Source: Thalia democratica
Lineage: Eukaryota
Reading direction: 5' to 3'
Assembly (NCBI GenBank): GCA_965202585.1
Contig: OZ241826.1
Coordinates: forward strand, 76,074,001-76,138,000
DNA: 64,000 nucleotides
Shown: piece by piece, positions 35,053 to 46,563 of the stretch
Layout: every line of letters begins with the position of its first letter
How positions within the stretch are numbered: position 1 is the stretch's first letter
Position numbers and translations under genes: made by a program
The notes under the pieces: generated by a model
The model's database searches: none
The model's input: the letters and a program-made list of their open reading frames with translations, nothing else
Told to the model about the DNA's origin: nothing

Positions 35053-36432
35053 TCAGTCAAAACTTTTGTTCTTTTTCAAGCGGTACAGCAAGTACACGGG
35101 CTGAGCGAACACGAGCAGGGAAAACAGCGTCAGGGCCGAGTTGAACACGACAAAGTTCCACGCGAGGGCGCCTTGCAGGAGAAACGTCAACGGGATCTGC
35201 GTGAACAGCAACAACGCTTCGCACACCGCCATCACCGAGTACAGGCGGCCGAACAGTTTGGCGGGAAAGACGACACTGACGTGGGTGTTGCTCGAGCTGG
35301 TGAAGGACGCCTTCCCGACGACGTGCAACGTCATCGACAAGAGCTGCAGCCTGGCGGAGCGGAAGGCGGTGAAGTACTGCATGCCAACGGTGCACGCGCC
35401 TCCCACGAACATCATGATCAGGCGGGATTTGCTCTGGCGGTCTTCCAGGTCCTTGTCGGGTATCAACCGCGAGGTGGCGCAACAGAGCAGCGACAAGAAT
35501 AATCCCGTGAAGAGCAGGGCGCCGAAGATCGAGACGTAAAACTCCCCTTCCTCACCGCTTCCCGTGAGGCTGTAAATCAGAACGTCGAAGTTTGAAATGT
35601 AGAGCATGTACAAGAAGTTGGCGACAGAGTTTGACACGACAGTGGTGATGAAGGGCATTGAGCAGGCGAACTTTCCGAAACTTGCATCTTTGACATTGTT
35701 GCTTGTGTTTAAGTTTTCCTTTTCAGGATTCGCGGTTGACTTTTTTTGGAAAATTTTTACAAAATCCTTGTATCCATACTTAAAATCGTCTGGGGTAACT
35801 TCAGGTGCTAGGGTTTTAGGAGTAAGTAGAAACGTTCTGAAATTTAAAGAGAAATAAATAATTGAATATACAGCAAATAGAGCTTCAAAGCTAATATTGT
35901 AGTTCTCGTACAAATTAGAAATTATCAGAAATGTCAAAGATCCTGCCGAAAAAGCTCCAGTAATAGATGCAACGTAAAAATTCCTCTTGCTATGAAAAAT
36001 ATTAGACATTTGAAGATTAGTTACGTGAATTCCTACACCGACTACGTGAAAAATGGGAAAAGTAAAATACAAAACCCGAGACGTTCCTTTCCCGGTTATC
36101 AGTACAGCGAAAACAGCAATATTTATTAGAAAAGTCCGGACTGTCCAAATACCCAAATAGTCCAAAGCTGGTCCAACTATGATATTGAACAGAAGACCAC
36201 AAGACGTGGCAAGAACAAACACGAGCGAAAAAATATCTTCTTGGTAGTCGCACTTCATGAATTTCTTAGTTACCGTGGTTACGTTGTTGAGTCTGGAAGC
36301 ATTGACACAGCCCTCGCTAAAGTATCCTTCTTTTACAAGCACAGGTTCGATATTCGCCCACCCAAAAATTATTCCCGAGAAAAATAAGTTTTCTAAGACT
36401 GCCGTTATCCAAGTCAAAGCTTTTTGAATCAT
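35053..36432 (-). CDS. SLC43A: SLC43-family (LAT3/LAT4/SLC43A3-like) major facilitator superfamily transporter, intronless CDS, 459 aa
   Basis: The N-terminal TAVLENLFFSGIIFGWANIEPVLVKEGYFSEGC is characteristic of SLC43 TM1 and its loop. There are about 12 hydrophobic segments and an MFS-like VFPAKLFGRLY motif. The paralog (A1/A2/A3) cannot be assigned by eye. Confidence 0.88.
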   Translation of the reverse strand: MIQKALTWITAVLENLFFSGIIFGWANIEPVLVKEGYFSEGCVNASRLNNVTTVTKKFMKCDYQEDIFSLVFVLATSCGLLFNIIVGPALDYLGIWTVRTFLINIAVFAVLITGKGTSRVLYFTFPIFHVVGVGIHVTNLQMSNIFHSKRNFYVASITGAFSAGSLTFLIISNLYENYNISFEALFAVYSIIYFSLNFRTFLLTPKTLAPEVTPDDFKYGYKDFVKIFQKKSTANPEKENLNTSNNVKDASFGKFACSMPFITTVVSNSVANFLYMLYISNFDVLIYSLTGSGEEGEFYVSIFGALLFTGLFLSLLCCATSRLIPDKDLEDRQSKSRLIMMFVGGACTVGMQYFTAFRSARLQLLSMTLHVVGKASFTSSSNTHVSVVFPAKLFGRLYSVMAVCEALLLFTQIPLTFLLQGALAWNFVVFNSALTLFSLLVFAQPVYLLYRLKKNKSFD

Positions 36433-39091
36433 GCTTAAAAATATGAATGCAATTTTTTAATTTCTAGTACGTCTACAAGTTAGTTTAATAATAAAAAGAG
36501 ACTTACTGTATTCAAATACAGTGTACTGGAACATAAATAAAATGTATTATTTCGAAAACTGTTGTTATCCAAGTTATTTATGTTTTATTCATATTTGTAC
36601 TTGAATTTCTAAAAAAACACTTAGTATAGTTAGTTTTTTAATTGAGGGATGTTTGAAAAATTTCATTTTTTACAACAAGAAGTGAAAAGTACTTATTCAC
36701 CCACTTTTATTCATATGGGCAGAAGCTTTACATAGTACATTCTATTGATAATATACAAACAAGTGAATTCTTAAGCAATAACTAGTTTTTAAAAAGACAC
36801 GAATCTTAGTTAAAATTAAACGTTATTCAAATTATTTTAAAATATACTTATTTTAAGTAAAGGCTTTATTAAACTAGGTACTTAAACCTATCAATACCAT
36901 CATAATAAAAGTAAGTGTCTTAAAAATAGCTTACTAAAGCAGTTTAAACTAATTAATGCTATACTTAAAAAGTGAGGGGTGCAAATTAATACATTCTAAT
37001 TTGTCAAATGATCAGTATTTTATATAAAAAAACCTAAGAGTTAACAGTTTAACTAAAAACTAATAAGCTTAAACTGTCTGTTTAGTTAGAACTTAATATT
37101 CTAACTATTAGTGGATATGTAAAAAAATTCGCAGTATATCTTATAACTTTTTTTGATTGCAAATAAAAACAAGTTTTTTGATAAATCAAATTTCTTATGA
37201 GCAAAAACTTCACTTTAGTCTAAGTAAAGGACTTAGATTTAAAAATGGGTTGGCAGTATTTTATAAGTTTAGGGCCAATTTTTCTAGAAAAAGCTGCTTG
37301 CGGACGAAGTTATTTTAATATAAAAAACAAACTAAAACTACTACTTTAAACTAAAGGTGTGATGATCTAAGCAAAAAAAAGCTCTAGTAAAGAGCTATTG
37401 TTAAATTAAGGTCCTAATTGTAAGTCTTACTACATTTTTTTTTACTAGCTACAAAGCGAAGTTTAAAAATAGTTTAACTTAAAATGACTTTAAAATAATT
37501 CCTTTTTATAAAAACTCAAAAAAGCAGAAGTTAATATTTTTTTATTAATTAGCTTAAAAGATGATGCTAACAAATCAAACCCTGTCTCTTTGATAAATTG
37601 TACTTTTTTAACTATAAAATCTCAAGCTTTATCATTATCAGTTTTATAATTTCCAGCGCGTTAAAAAAAAATGTTGTCAAATTCAGGTAATTTCTAAAAC
37701 TTTGTGTTAAAAAAATAATCTAAAATAAACTGTATCTCTTTAAGCTTTTTTATTTACAAAACTTCTACTAGCTCAGCAAGCTTTCAGTTGTTTCAAGATA
37801 ACAACTGCAGCTTAAATGCTAAATTCTATGTGGGTGTTACAAGGCTCAAGTGTTTCTGTAAAAAAATTAATTAAAAAAATTCAAACCGTGAAACTATAAC
37901 GTGTAAAAAAAAAAGTTGCAAGTTTAAGTATAAAAGTTGAAAGCAAAAACAAATTGTCTGAGTGTACCATATTTTCGACAGAAGGTTTGGTTATTTTCTA
38001 ACATTAGTAAAGTCTAAAGAAAGAATAAAAATAAATCTAATATGTCTTTTCAAATTCTCATCTTTTTTTTAATAATTTTCACTAAACCAACTTGACTTTA
38101 CCAAATTATTACTCCAGCTAATACTTTTATTAATTTTAAAATGAATTACAATATTATTATAAGATAAAAGGTTTTGTATTAAAAACGCTACCATAATTAT
38201 TTTGTTCCCGACGGCAAAAAGAAATTTTTACTCGGTATAAGTAATTTTAAAGTATTTCTGTACAATTCTCAAAACTGTTTTTAAAGAATCTTTTTAATGA
38301 TTATAAAAGTCTAGAAATTTAAGAAACATCATAATCTGTTACAGTTGTCTTTAAAAATGATATCAGATGAATAAATTACACGTAAAACTAAATTATACTT
38401 ACCAAAAAACCATTAAATCATGTATAAGTTTTAACCTATGCAATTTATACTTCAAAATATAAAATATGAAACATACTATTTTTTTTTATGTGCTTTAGTT
38501 ACATATACTTATTTTGAAAATTTTGAATTCCAAAAATATACTTGACTTGTTTAAACAGATGTTATTTTTGTACTTTAGTCTAACTTTGAATTTATAACAA
38601 AACTTTTCTAGTTAAATTATTAGGTATTAAACTCAAAATGTTTAAGCTGAAACTTAAGAATTAAAATAGAGTCAAAACAACTGTAAATTTTTTAATTTTT
38701 ATTGTATAAAAAAGTTAAAAGTTCAACTAAATTATAAATAAAGATTAATTATCTAACTTAGTTCGAAAATTTTGAAAAAGATTCTAATTCAAAAAGATTT
38801 TTTGTTTTTTTAGTTTAAAATTATGCCTTTTAAGTTTTAAGTTTTTAACTTAAGATTAAATTGTAAGACTATTTAATTTAGAGCATTTTTGTAATTTCAT
38901 AAGTAACAAAAAGTAAAAAGTAAACCTTAAACACAAAATTTCATATACAAATATTATGTTAAAAGTATGTCAGTATATTTCATTAGAAGTTAGCCAAACT
39001 GTTTTTGTATAAAAATAACAACAATATTAGGCCAATTATAAAAATTTACAAATCGTTCTTACAGCCCCTTGTGTTTTATATCTGTAAAAAT

Positions 39092-39190
39092 AAGCACTAG
39101 ACTGCACTGCACGACCATCACTAACAGTTCGTGTGACAATCTACGATATGGTTACGTCCTTGTTAGAGACTCATCAGGCAGACATAGTAC
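39092..39190 (-). ncRNA. Hammerhead-ribozyme-like sequence (type I topology), probably inactivated
   Basis: The minus strand reads GTACTATGTCTGC-CTGATGA-GTCT[CTAACAA]GGAC-GTAA-CCAT...ATGG-TC^-GTGCAGTGCAGTCTAGTGC. It has the core CUGAUGA, stem II, a 5-bp stem III and a GUC cleavage triplet, but GUAA in place of GAAA and an out-of-register stem I. Confidence 0.55.
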
Positions 39191-40763
39191 TTAAACGCAT
39201 AATTTTCATTAAATGAAAACTTATATTTTAAAAACTTTTTATTTATCAAAAAATACAGCTGATGTAGTTGATAAGTCAAATTGAAAAAGAAAATTGTTGT
39301 CACAATATGTGTTTTGTTATATGTATTCGCTTTAACATACTAAAAGCGATTTATCAGTTTTAAGCATAGAATTTAAAAAAAAAACTAAAAACTGTCATTT
39401 TTAGAAACAAAAACTAAAATTATCAACAGGATTAAAACAACTTAAGAAAATTTACGCAGTATATGACCTAAAAAACGTAAACAAATAACTATAAATAAGC
39501 TAAAAAGAGGCTCTTTGTTTTAATAAAAAGACTGTAAGAAAAGTAAAAAGATGTGAAAAAAGAAATGAAAATAGTTAGATAGTAAAAATAAAACTTTTAT
39601 ACAGCACAAATTATAATCATAAAAGTATATTGAGCTGATTAAATCACATAAGGATTAGAATTGTAACTAAAGCTCATACGCTATAAATGATATATTTTAA
39701 AGTCTACTGATTTTAAAACCTTCATTTACTATTATAAAATTTTGCTTTATATTATCGCTTTATGTTTCAAAAAAGTAATTTATGTATAGAAACTAAATTA
39801 TTATTACGTTTTACTCTAGTTTTTGCAAATCTAAACTCAAAAATACTACACTGCTTATTTCTATCTAAAAATTATTAATACTGAAGTTTATTCATCAATG
39901 ACATCTTGAAACTTCTGAATTTGATTTAACCTTCAGTAAATACTAAATGCATAACTTTACAAACACTGATAACCATTAACCCAGGTTATAAGCTATAAAT
40001 ATCTATAAAACAAAAAATATAACCACTTTCTAACTATTTGGAATTAGATAGAGTTTACGCAGTTTTAAAACTTTAATTATAAAAAATTTGATAAATGATA
40101 TAAAAATTATCTTATTTTCTAATTTAGAAATTTGAATAAGTATTGATATATTAGTATATGTATTATTAAAATATGCTAAACACAGTGTCATACACCAACT
40201 AAATCAAAAAATTATAGTTAGTGTTGAAATTTTTTACTTCACAAATACTTAAAGTTTAAAAAGTTTTTTCTCAACAAACTTATTTGCTATTTCCAAAGTT
40301 AATGCAAAAATATTTTTATTCAATATTAATGTTAATCTACAGACAATATATACTATAGCAAATTTATTTTGATTATAAACACTCAAGTTTCTGATAGCTT
40401 CTAGAGTTTTCTTTTTCACATAATAAATTTTGCAGTCATTGTAAGGCTTGCAAATAACAGCTCAGTAAGCTATGAAAAAATTGAGTCCTAACAAACCAAA
40501 ATCTTTGCTATAAATTTCTATACATTAGCTCATAAGATTTACTAGAGAAATGGTTTTCAAAACACAAAAGTAAGATTAATAGTTGTTATAAAACAAGAAA
40601 TATAAAACTTACATATAAATTTTGTAATCTTAAATCCTTGCTAATATTTATGAAGATACATACTTAAATGTTTTTTTAGTTCTCACATTGTTAAAACACT
40701 CTAATGCTGTATAGTTCTAAAATAATTTTGTTACTTTTCAGCCTTATACCCGTTATTTCTGTA

Positions 40764-41522
40764 ATGTCTAAAAGAAGTGAATCAAACGATGGTGCTGATG
40801 GAACTGGTGGAAAACTGGCTCGGTCTTCCAACCCGAATGCGAAATCTGAAGCTAATTCACCTGCGAACATCAAAAGCGCCTCTGAAAACGAGGTGAAAAT
40901 AAAAGAGGAACCTGCAACAAAGCAACTTGAACCCGCCCCTGAAGATCAGGAAGTAAAAGTTGAACCTGGCTCTGAAGAGCAGGTAGAAGTGAAACGGGAA
41001 CGCGAAAGTAGCGATTCATTTGCTAGTTCGGAAGCTGGAGCAGGTAGTGCAGACGGTGGCACAAGTTTGGATCCTTTTTCAAACTACATGGAGCCAATGT
41101 CTCCAGCTGTAAAGTTCAACTTCCTGGTTATAAAAAGCATGGCTGAGGACGATTGTCCGGATGATTACACTTTGATCCGAAAAATCAGAATGGAGCTGCC
41201 TATGAATTATGCGATAAACAGAATTGTTGAGCCCAAACCTGAAAGTCGTTTCGGCTCGGAGCTCGATGCTCAAATTGACGCAAGAGAAGAAACTGCCCCA
41301 GTTTCATTCAAGACTCGATATTACACGACAGACTCGAACTGGTTTCGTTTTGACAGCCTCCCTACAAGCTTTGGGGCGTGTATCCAAATTAAGGGAGAGA
41401 ATACAGTTAAAGATTTTGTTGAAATTTTCAGAAATAACTTTGACACCAATGGACGTGAATCTGGCCAAGTTAAGGTGCCACTACTTATCAAACTTGATGT
41501 CTTTGTAGCAAAAAATAGTTAA
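40764..41522 (+). CDS. Intronless uncharacterised protein (~252 aa): acidic low-complexity N-terminus with psi-K-x-E motifs plus a ~130-aa globular C-terminal domain
   Basis: Long ORF (40704-41522 in the track). The likely true start is ATG 40764, just after a TTACTTTTCAG| acceptor at 40741. No recognisable family. Confidence 0.75.
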   Translation: MSKRSESNDGADGTGGKLARSSNPNAKSEANSPANIKSASENEVKIKEEPATKQLEPAPEDQEVKVEPGSEEQVEVKRERESSDSFASSEAGAGSADGGTSLDPFSNYMEPMSPAVKFNFLVIKSMAEDDCPDDYTLIRKIRMELPMNYAINRIVEPKPESRFGSELDAQIDAREETAPVSFKTRYYTTDSNWFRFDSLPTSFGACIQIKGENTVKDFVEIFRNNFDTNGRESGQVKVPLLIKLDVFVAKNS

Positions 41523-44039
41523 ATTTATGTTGAAACAGTTGTGATTTTCGGTTAAGTATCGCCGTTTTTTTGCTATTTAGTTGTTACCTCAAGTAAAAAT
41601 GTGTTTGATTTCGTTACGCCTCTGCTTTTTGTTAATAAACCACTAGTACTATACTTGTTTGTGAATCTATCAGTTGTAAGTTATACAGTAAAGATAAAGT
41701 AATTAATTTATTAAAAGTCCAATACGAAATAATTAGTTACTGCAATATAAATTACTACTAGTTAACTACTATAGTAAATATTTTTACTGAAAAAAACAAA
41801 AACATAAATGTTTTGTTCCAAGTTAAAGTATAACTTTTAATCAATAAACTACGACCCGTTGGCCAAATAGCTACTCTTTTAACGCTATAGCCTACTTTGT
41901 ATTTAAGTTTATTAACTTCATGTAAAAAGCAAACTTATGGATTTAAAAATCAAAATGTGCTCTCAGTTTTATAGAGAAACTAGTAAATACATATGACAAG
42001 TTTTAATCAATGTTATCGTTTGGTAGTATGATTTTCATAATGGTAGCCCAAATTTTGTTGTGATATAGCACGTGTTTCCAAATGGCTGTCGTTCAAATAC
42101 TAAAGCATACAAAATATTTTACTTTGATAAGGTCTACAGTTTTCATAGTTTTGTCAAAGCTTATTTAACTCTGAATAAAATTAAGGTACGTTTGATAAAA
42201 TCTATAAATAATAAATTTTTAATGAAAATCTCGTAAAAAATACATTTTGGTCCTAATACTATTAAACTAATTTTATAAAATCTACTTTTTATGGTTGTAT
42301 CTCTTAAAACAATCAAATCTTACAATACTTAGATATTTTATACTTTTAAAGCTGAAACTATTGTTTCTATCATTTTCATATGAGCCTTAAGTTGAAGGTA
42401 CAAACTTTAAGGTATCATATTAATATTAACAACAAGTGTTGTGTGAGCGGCTGTTCACTTGTATATTTCCTTTGAAAAATAATAAGTAATACAACAACAG
42501 TTCTTGTATAATTCAAGATAAAATTATTGAATTAAATTGTAGTTGTAATAATTATTGCTGCTTTTTATTTTTTAATCAGTGAACATATAACTAAGGAAAA
42601 GTGGACAAAAATAATAAATTTGTCGTTTTTTTATTTTGTGTACTGCATAATTTTTGTGTATATACTCTTGAGTTTAGAAGCTTCACGTTAAGTCACACTT
42701 GGTTCTGATATCAAATTTTTATATATGCTAACATAGCTCAGTTACTTCATCCAGACTAGTTAAGTGAAAAACGTCTGAAAACTACATAAGTACTTTACAA
42801 TAACGTACATAATTTTCCCAATTAAATAAAGACTTTGAACTTAAATTCTTGCCAAAAAATAAAAGATGCATTTATAATAACAAAACAAAAATTATTAAAA
42901 GTTACCACAAATGACTAAAAATAGTAAAAAACGTGATATTTGTTTTACGTGAGTTTTTGTTACTCAAGATAACAGCAAACACAATACGTAACGTTCATTA
43001 CCGCAAACAAACAAAAAAGAAAACAAAAATTTATCATCTATAAATGAAGCGGGCTCGATTTTAATGTTCCAACAATTTTTTTATTGGAGATAAGATACTT
43101 TCGGGTCAACGCTCTTTTTTCGTATTTACAAGGCAAGCACGTGATAATTTATTCCCTATTTTCAAATACGTCATAATGCTCTTTTATTTGCAGTTGGCGA
43201 GTTTTTTGTAAAGGTTTTTCCTGTTCAAACAGAAAATCTGCTTTGTTTGTCGTTATAAATAACAAAAGTACTTTTACAAGCAATTTATAAATGATTAAAT
43301 GTTTTAATCTCTTTAACTTTTTTAACTCTTTATCCAAAAAAAGCTTTAAAATGTATTGTTTAACCGTTTTAAACGAGCACGCAGTTTTTTTTAAATACTT
43401 TTTAACGTGAAATATTTTTAATTTAAGGCAACCGTTTTATCATATAACATTTAAAGCATTTAAAAGAAGTTCTGTTTCAATACTTCTAGCTAACTTAAAC
43501 TTTATCAAACTATGCTTATTTGTAGAATATCAACAACGTTTAAGAATTTGATTCATGTTAAAAACCATAATGAAAAAACTTGCAGTTCTTTTTCTTTATT
43601 GAAACTTTATGTTTCTGTATATTAAACGAGTTAATACACTTCCACCATGTTTTGTTATAAAACAATAAATACTGTAATAAAAGTATAAAAGATAAAGTAG
43701 GTGAATATGTGCATCTACTGAAGATAAGCCATAATTACTATAGATTAATAGTTAGTATGAGATACACTACATGTTATATAATTCGACTGTTATGTATTGT
43801 GAAAAAGGGAATAATTCAATAGGCATTAGTTAGTATATTTATAAAATAAATTAATAAACATCGAACATATTACTTACATGTCTTCTAGATTTAAAAGAGT
43901 TTTAAACTTTACTTTAAAGTGCTTTTTGCTTGTTAAAATTACTTTTTTTTTATGTTTAGCCCTTATGATAGTGAAACATAAAGTAAAAAATGCAAAAAAA
44001 TAATAAAACGTATTAGAAAAATGCGAATTAAAACTATAA

Positions 44040-44163
44040 GTAAAGTTTATTGAACCAAAAAAAAAGCGCTCGAAATATTTAGCCCTTGGACCTGGAGTAC
44101 TAAAAACCTTCGGTTATCGAGTCGCACACCACGGATAGCTTTTAACGTATTTTCCAGGACTAT
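44040..44163. repeat. Short (~125 bp) dispersed element, copy 1
   Basis: Colinear with 61996-62123 (AAGTTTATTGAAC..A-run..CGCTC.AAATATTT...GGACCTGG...AAAACCTT(T)CGGTTAT.GAGTCGCACACCAC...CTTTTAACGT.TTTTCCA). Flanked by the direct repeat AAACTATAA. Confidence 0.8.
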
Positions 44164-46563
44164 AAACTATAACTTCTTTTATTAACAAAAATGATAAGCT
44201 ACTAACTTTAATACATTATAAAATCTGTTTAATTATAAGTAGCAAAGTTTTGTAATCTTTGAAGACTAGACTAATATGTTTCCAAACATAAATATTTTTT
44301 AAGTATACACAATTAAAAAATAAAAAAGATTTACTGTTAATTTTTTTTTGTGTAAAAAAATGTTTATAAGTTAATGTAAAATATATACTTATTGAAAATA
44401 AAAGTTTAAATTAGTGTTGTTGTTGCTCAAACTTGAAGACTAATTTTATGATTTATTTTACTTAAGTAAACAATTTTCCAATTTTATTTTTAGACATCAT
44501 AAAACAATGTATTATAATATACGATAAAAACCTTATTTTGTATTTTCTATTTAGTGTTCAACTTGAATTACCTTAATTTATTTTATACAAAGTTAATAAT
44601 TTTCTTTTAAATTACAAGTACTAAAACTTTTAAGAAGGTACAAACCATAAAATCAGCAAGAGAGCAATGACCATTAACAATAAATTGACTTTAAGGCTCA
44701 ACAGTTTTAAGAATATTCAATGCTTACACGCATTAACTATAGTATTTTCAATGTTAATTCTAAATGTCTACAGCAAGTTCAAAAGGTCTATTCAATAAAT
44801 AGTGTTTCTTGAATTTATTTTTTGCATTATACATTTAGGAACTTTTTACTTAGTTTTCTTGTCGTTTTACAAATTATATTATGCTTCAATAAACGGTAAT
44901 TTTAAACTTGGATATTTTAGATTAAGGTTTAATAACATTGCTTTTTTTAATAAGTAGTCAAATTTTTTTAGGTCCTTAAAAAAACAAACTAAAGAAACAA
45001 ACTTTTGAGTTTATTTTATCAATTTAGATGTAAAAGTTACTAAAGTACAGTATTTTTAAACAAGCCTTTTTGTGTATTATCTTATCCATTGCTACACTGT
45101 AATGTTACGTAGGCGTTTAGCAAAACAATGACTAAAGCCTTACTGAATGAAAACTGTGAATGAGAAGTTATGACAACTTCACTTCCATTCAGTTAACCAT
45201 AAGATAACATCTTATCTTTGTTTGTAGATTTAAATGCTATTTATGTTACATATCATTTGATTATGTTTTAGAGTAGTAGAAGTTGTAATACTTCAGAGTC
45301 ACTTTAAAAGGATTTTTTTCAAACATTTACAATACAGAAAGTAACAGTTTTTTTAATGTAAAAAAAGCAGTAGTTTAAAATAAAGTTTTAAAACTTACAG
45401 AGCTTATTTTCTTATAGAAGCAACCGTCATGACATGCACATGTAGTACAACTGGAACAATGAAAACTTTTACTCAAACTTTACCTCTAACAAAAGGTTAA
45501 TTCTAACCTTTAGCAAACAGTTTTAGAGTTTTAGACTTGTTTTAGTTCAAGTTAACATTTTGTAAGCGCACATAAACAGTATGTGCTTAATGTGTTACAC
45601 ACAGTTTTTGCATCTCACTGAAAAAGTTTTGTTTTAAAAAAAATTAGACGTTTAAAACGTGTCATAAACTAATACTAAGTGTTTGTTGTATAAGCTGTTT
45701 ACATGTCGACTTTTGTTTAATTAGCTTATTATTCTTAGTATTTTGACATATAAATAACTTAAACAATAATAAATTTACTCAATAGTTCGTTCGTGCGCTG
45801 AATCATTTTACAAGCTTAAAATTTAGTTTAAACAAAGACTAATCTTAATATGAGTTTCTTTCGTACAGTACTTTAACATTGTTTTTTGTTAAGAAATTAA
45901 AGTTATTCATATACTTAAATTATACTTTTTATTAAAAAGGAAGGGTAAGCTAGTAAAAACACACAAAAATTAAGAATTAGTTAAAATAGAATCCCATATA
46001 GAAGAAGATTGGTGTTTGTTAAGATATGTTTTAAATAGATTTACTATTAGTCAAGTGTTATTTTGCTTTAACTTAGACAAGAAAAATAAAAAACTTAAGC
46101 TAATGTGATAATGTTTTAAAAATTTTAAGATTTTAAGAAAAGCTTATGCAGTCTTAATTTTTCAATTATCAAGTAGTTAGGATGTGTGTAATTTTTAATC
46201 ACTAAAAATTTTTACACAAAACTGAATAAAAACTGATAAAGTACAAGTTACAGATTATACAATAAGGTAGATCTTATTTATTGGCATTTTTGAATAAGAT
46301 CTAAAAAACATCATTATCATAATAAAGAAGTAAATAAAAATACAAGTATTGATACTTAAAAACGTGTAGAAATATCGTGTCTTTAAGGGAACTAAAAATA
46401 ATTGTTAACTGAAAGTAAAGGCAATAACTAGTTTTTTGCTTTAACTAATTATTTTCAAGAATCACTAAAACACAAACAGTAATTTAAATAAAATTATATG
46501 TAAAAAAGTTTGTTTTTAGAGTTCAAAGAAGTTCGTTTTTAGAGTTTATAAAACACTAGGATC

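Noticed and set aside
35057-35539. Overlapping ORFs 35057-35482(-), 35141-35539(+) and 35173-35502(+)
   Set aside because: Shadow ORFs caused by the high third-position GC of the SLC43 3' half; the translations are not protein-like.
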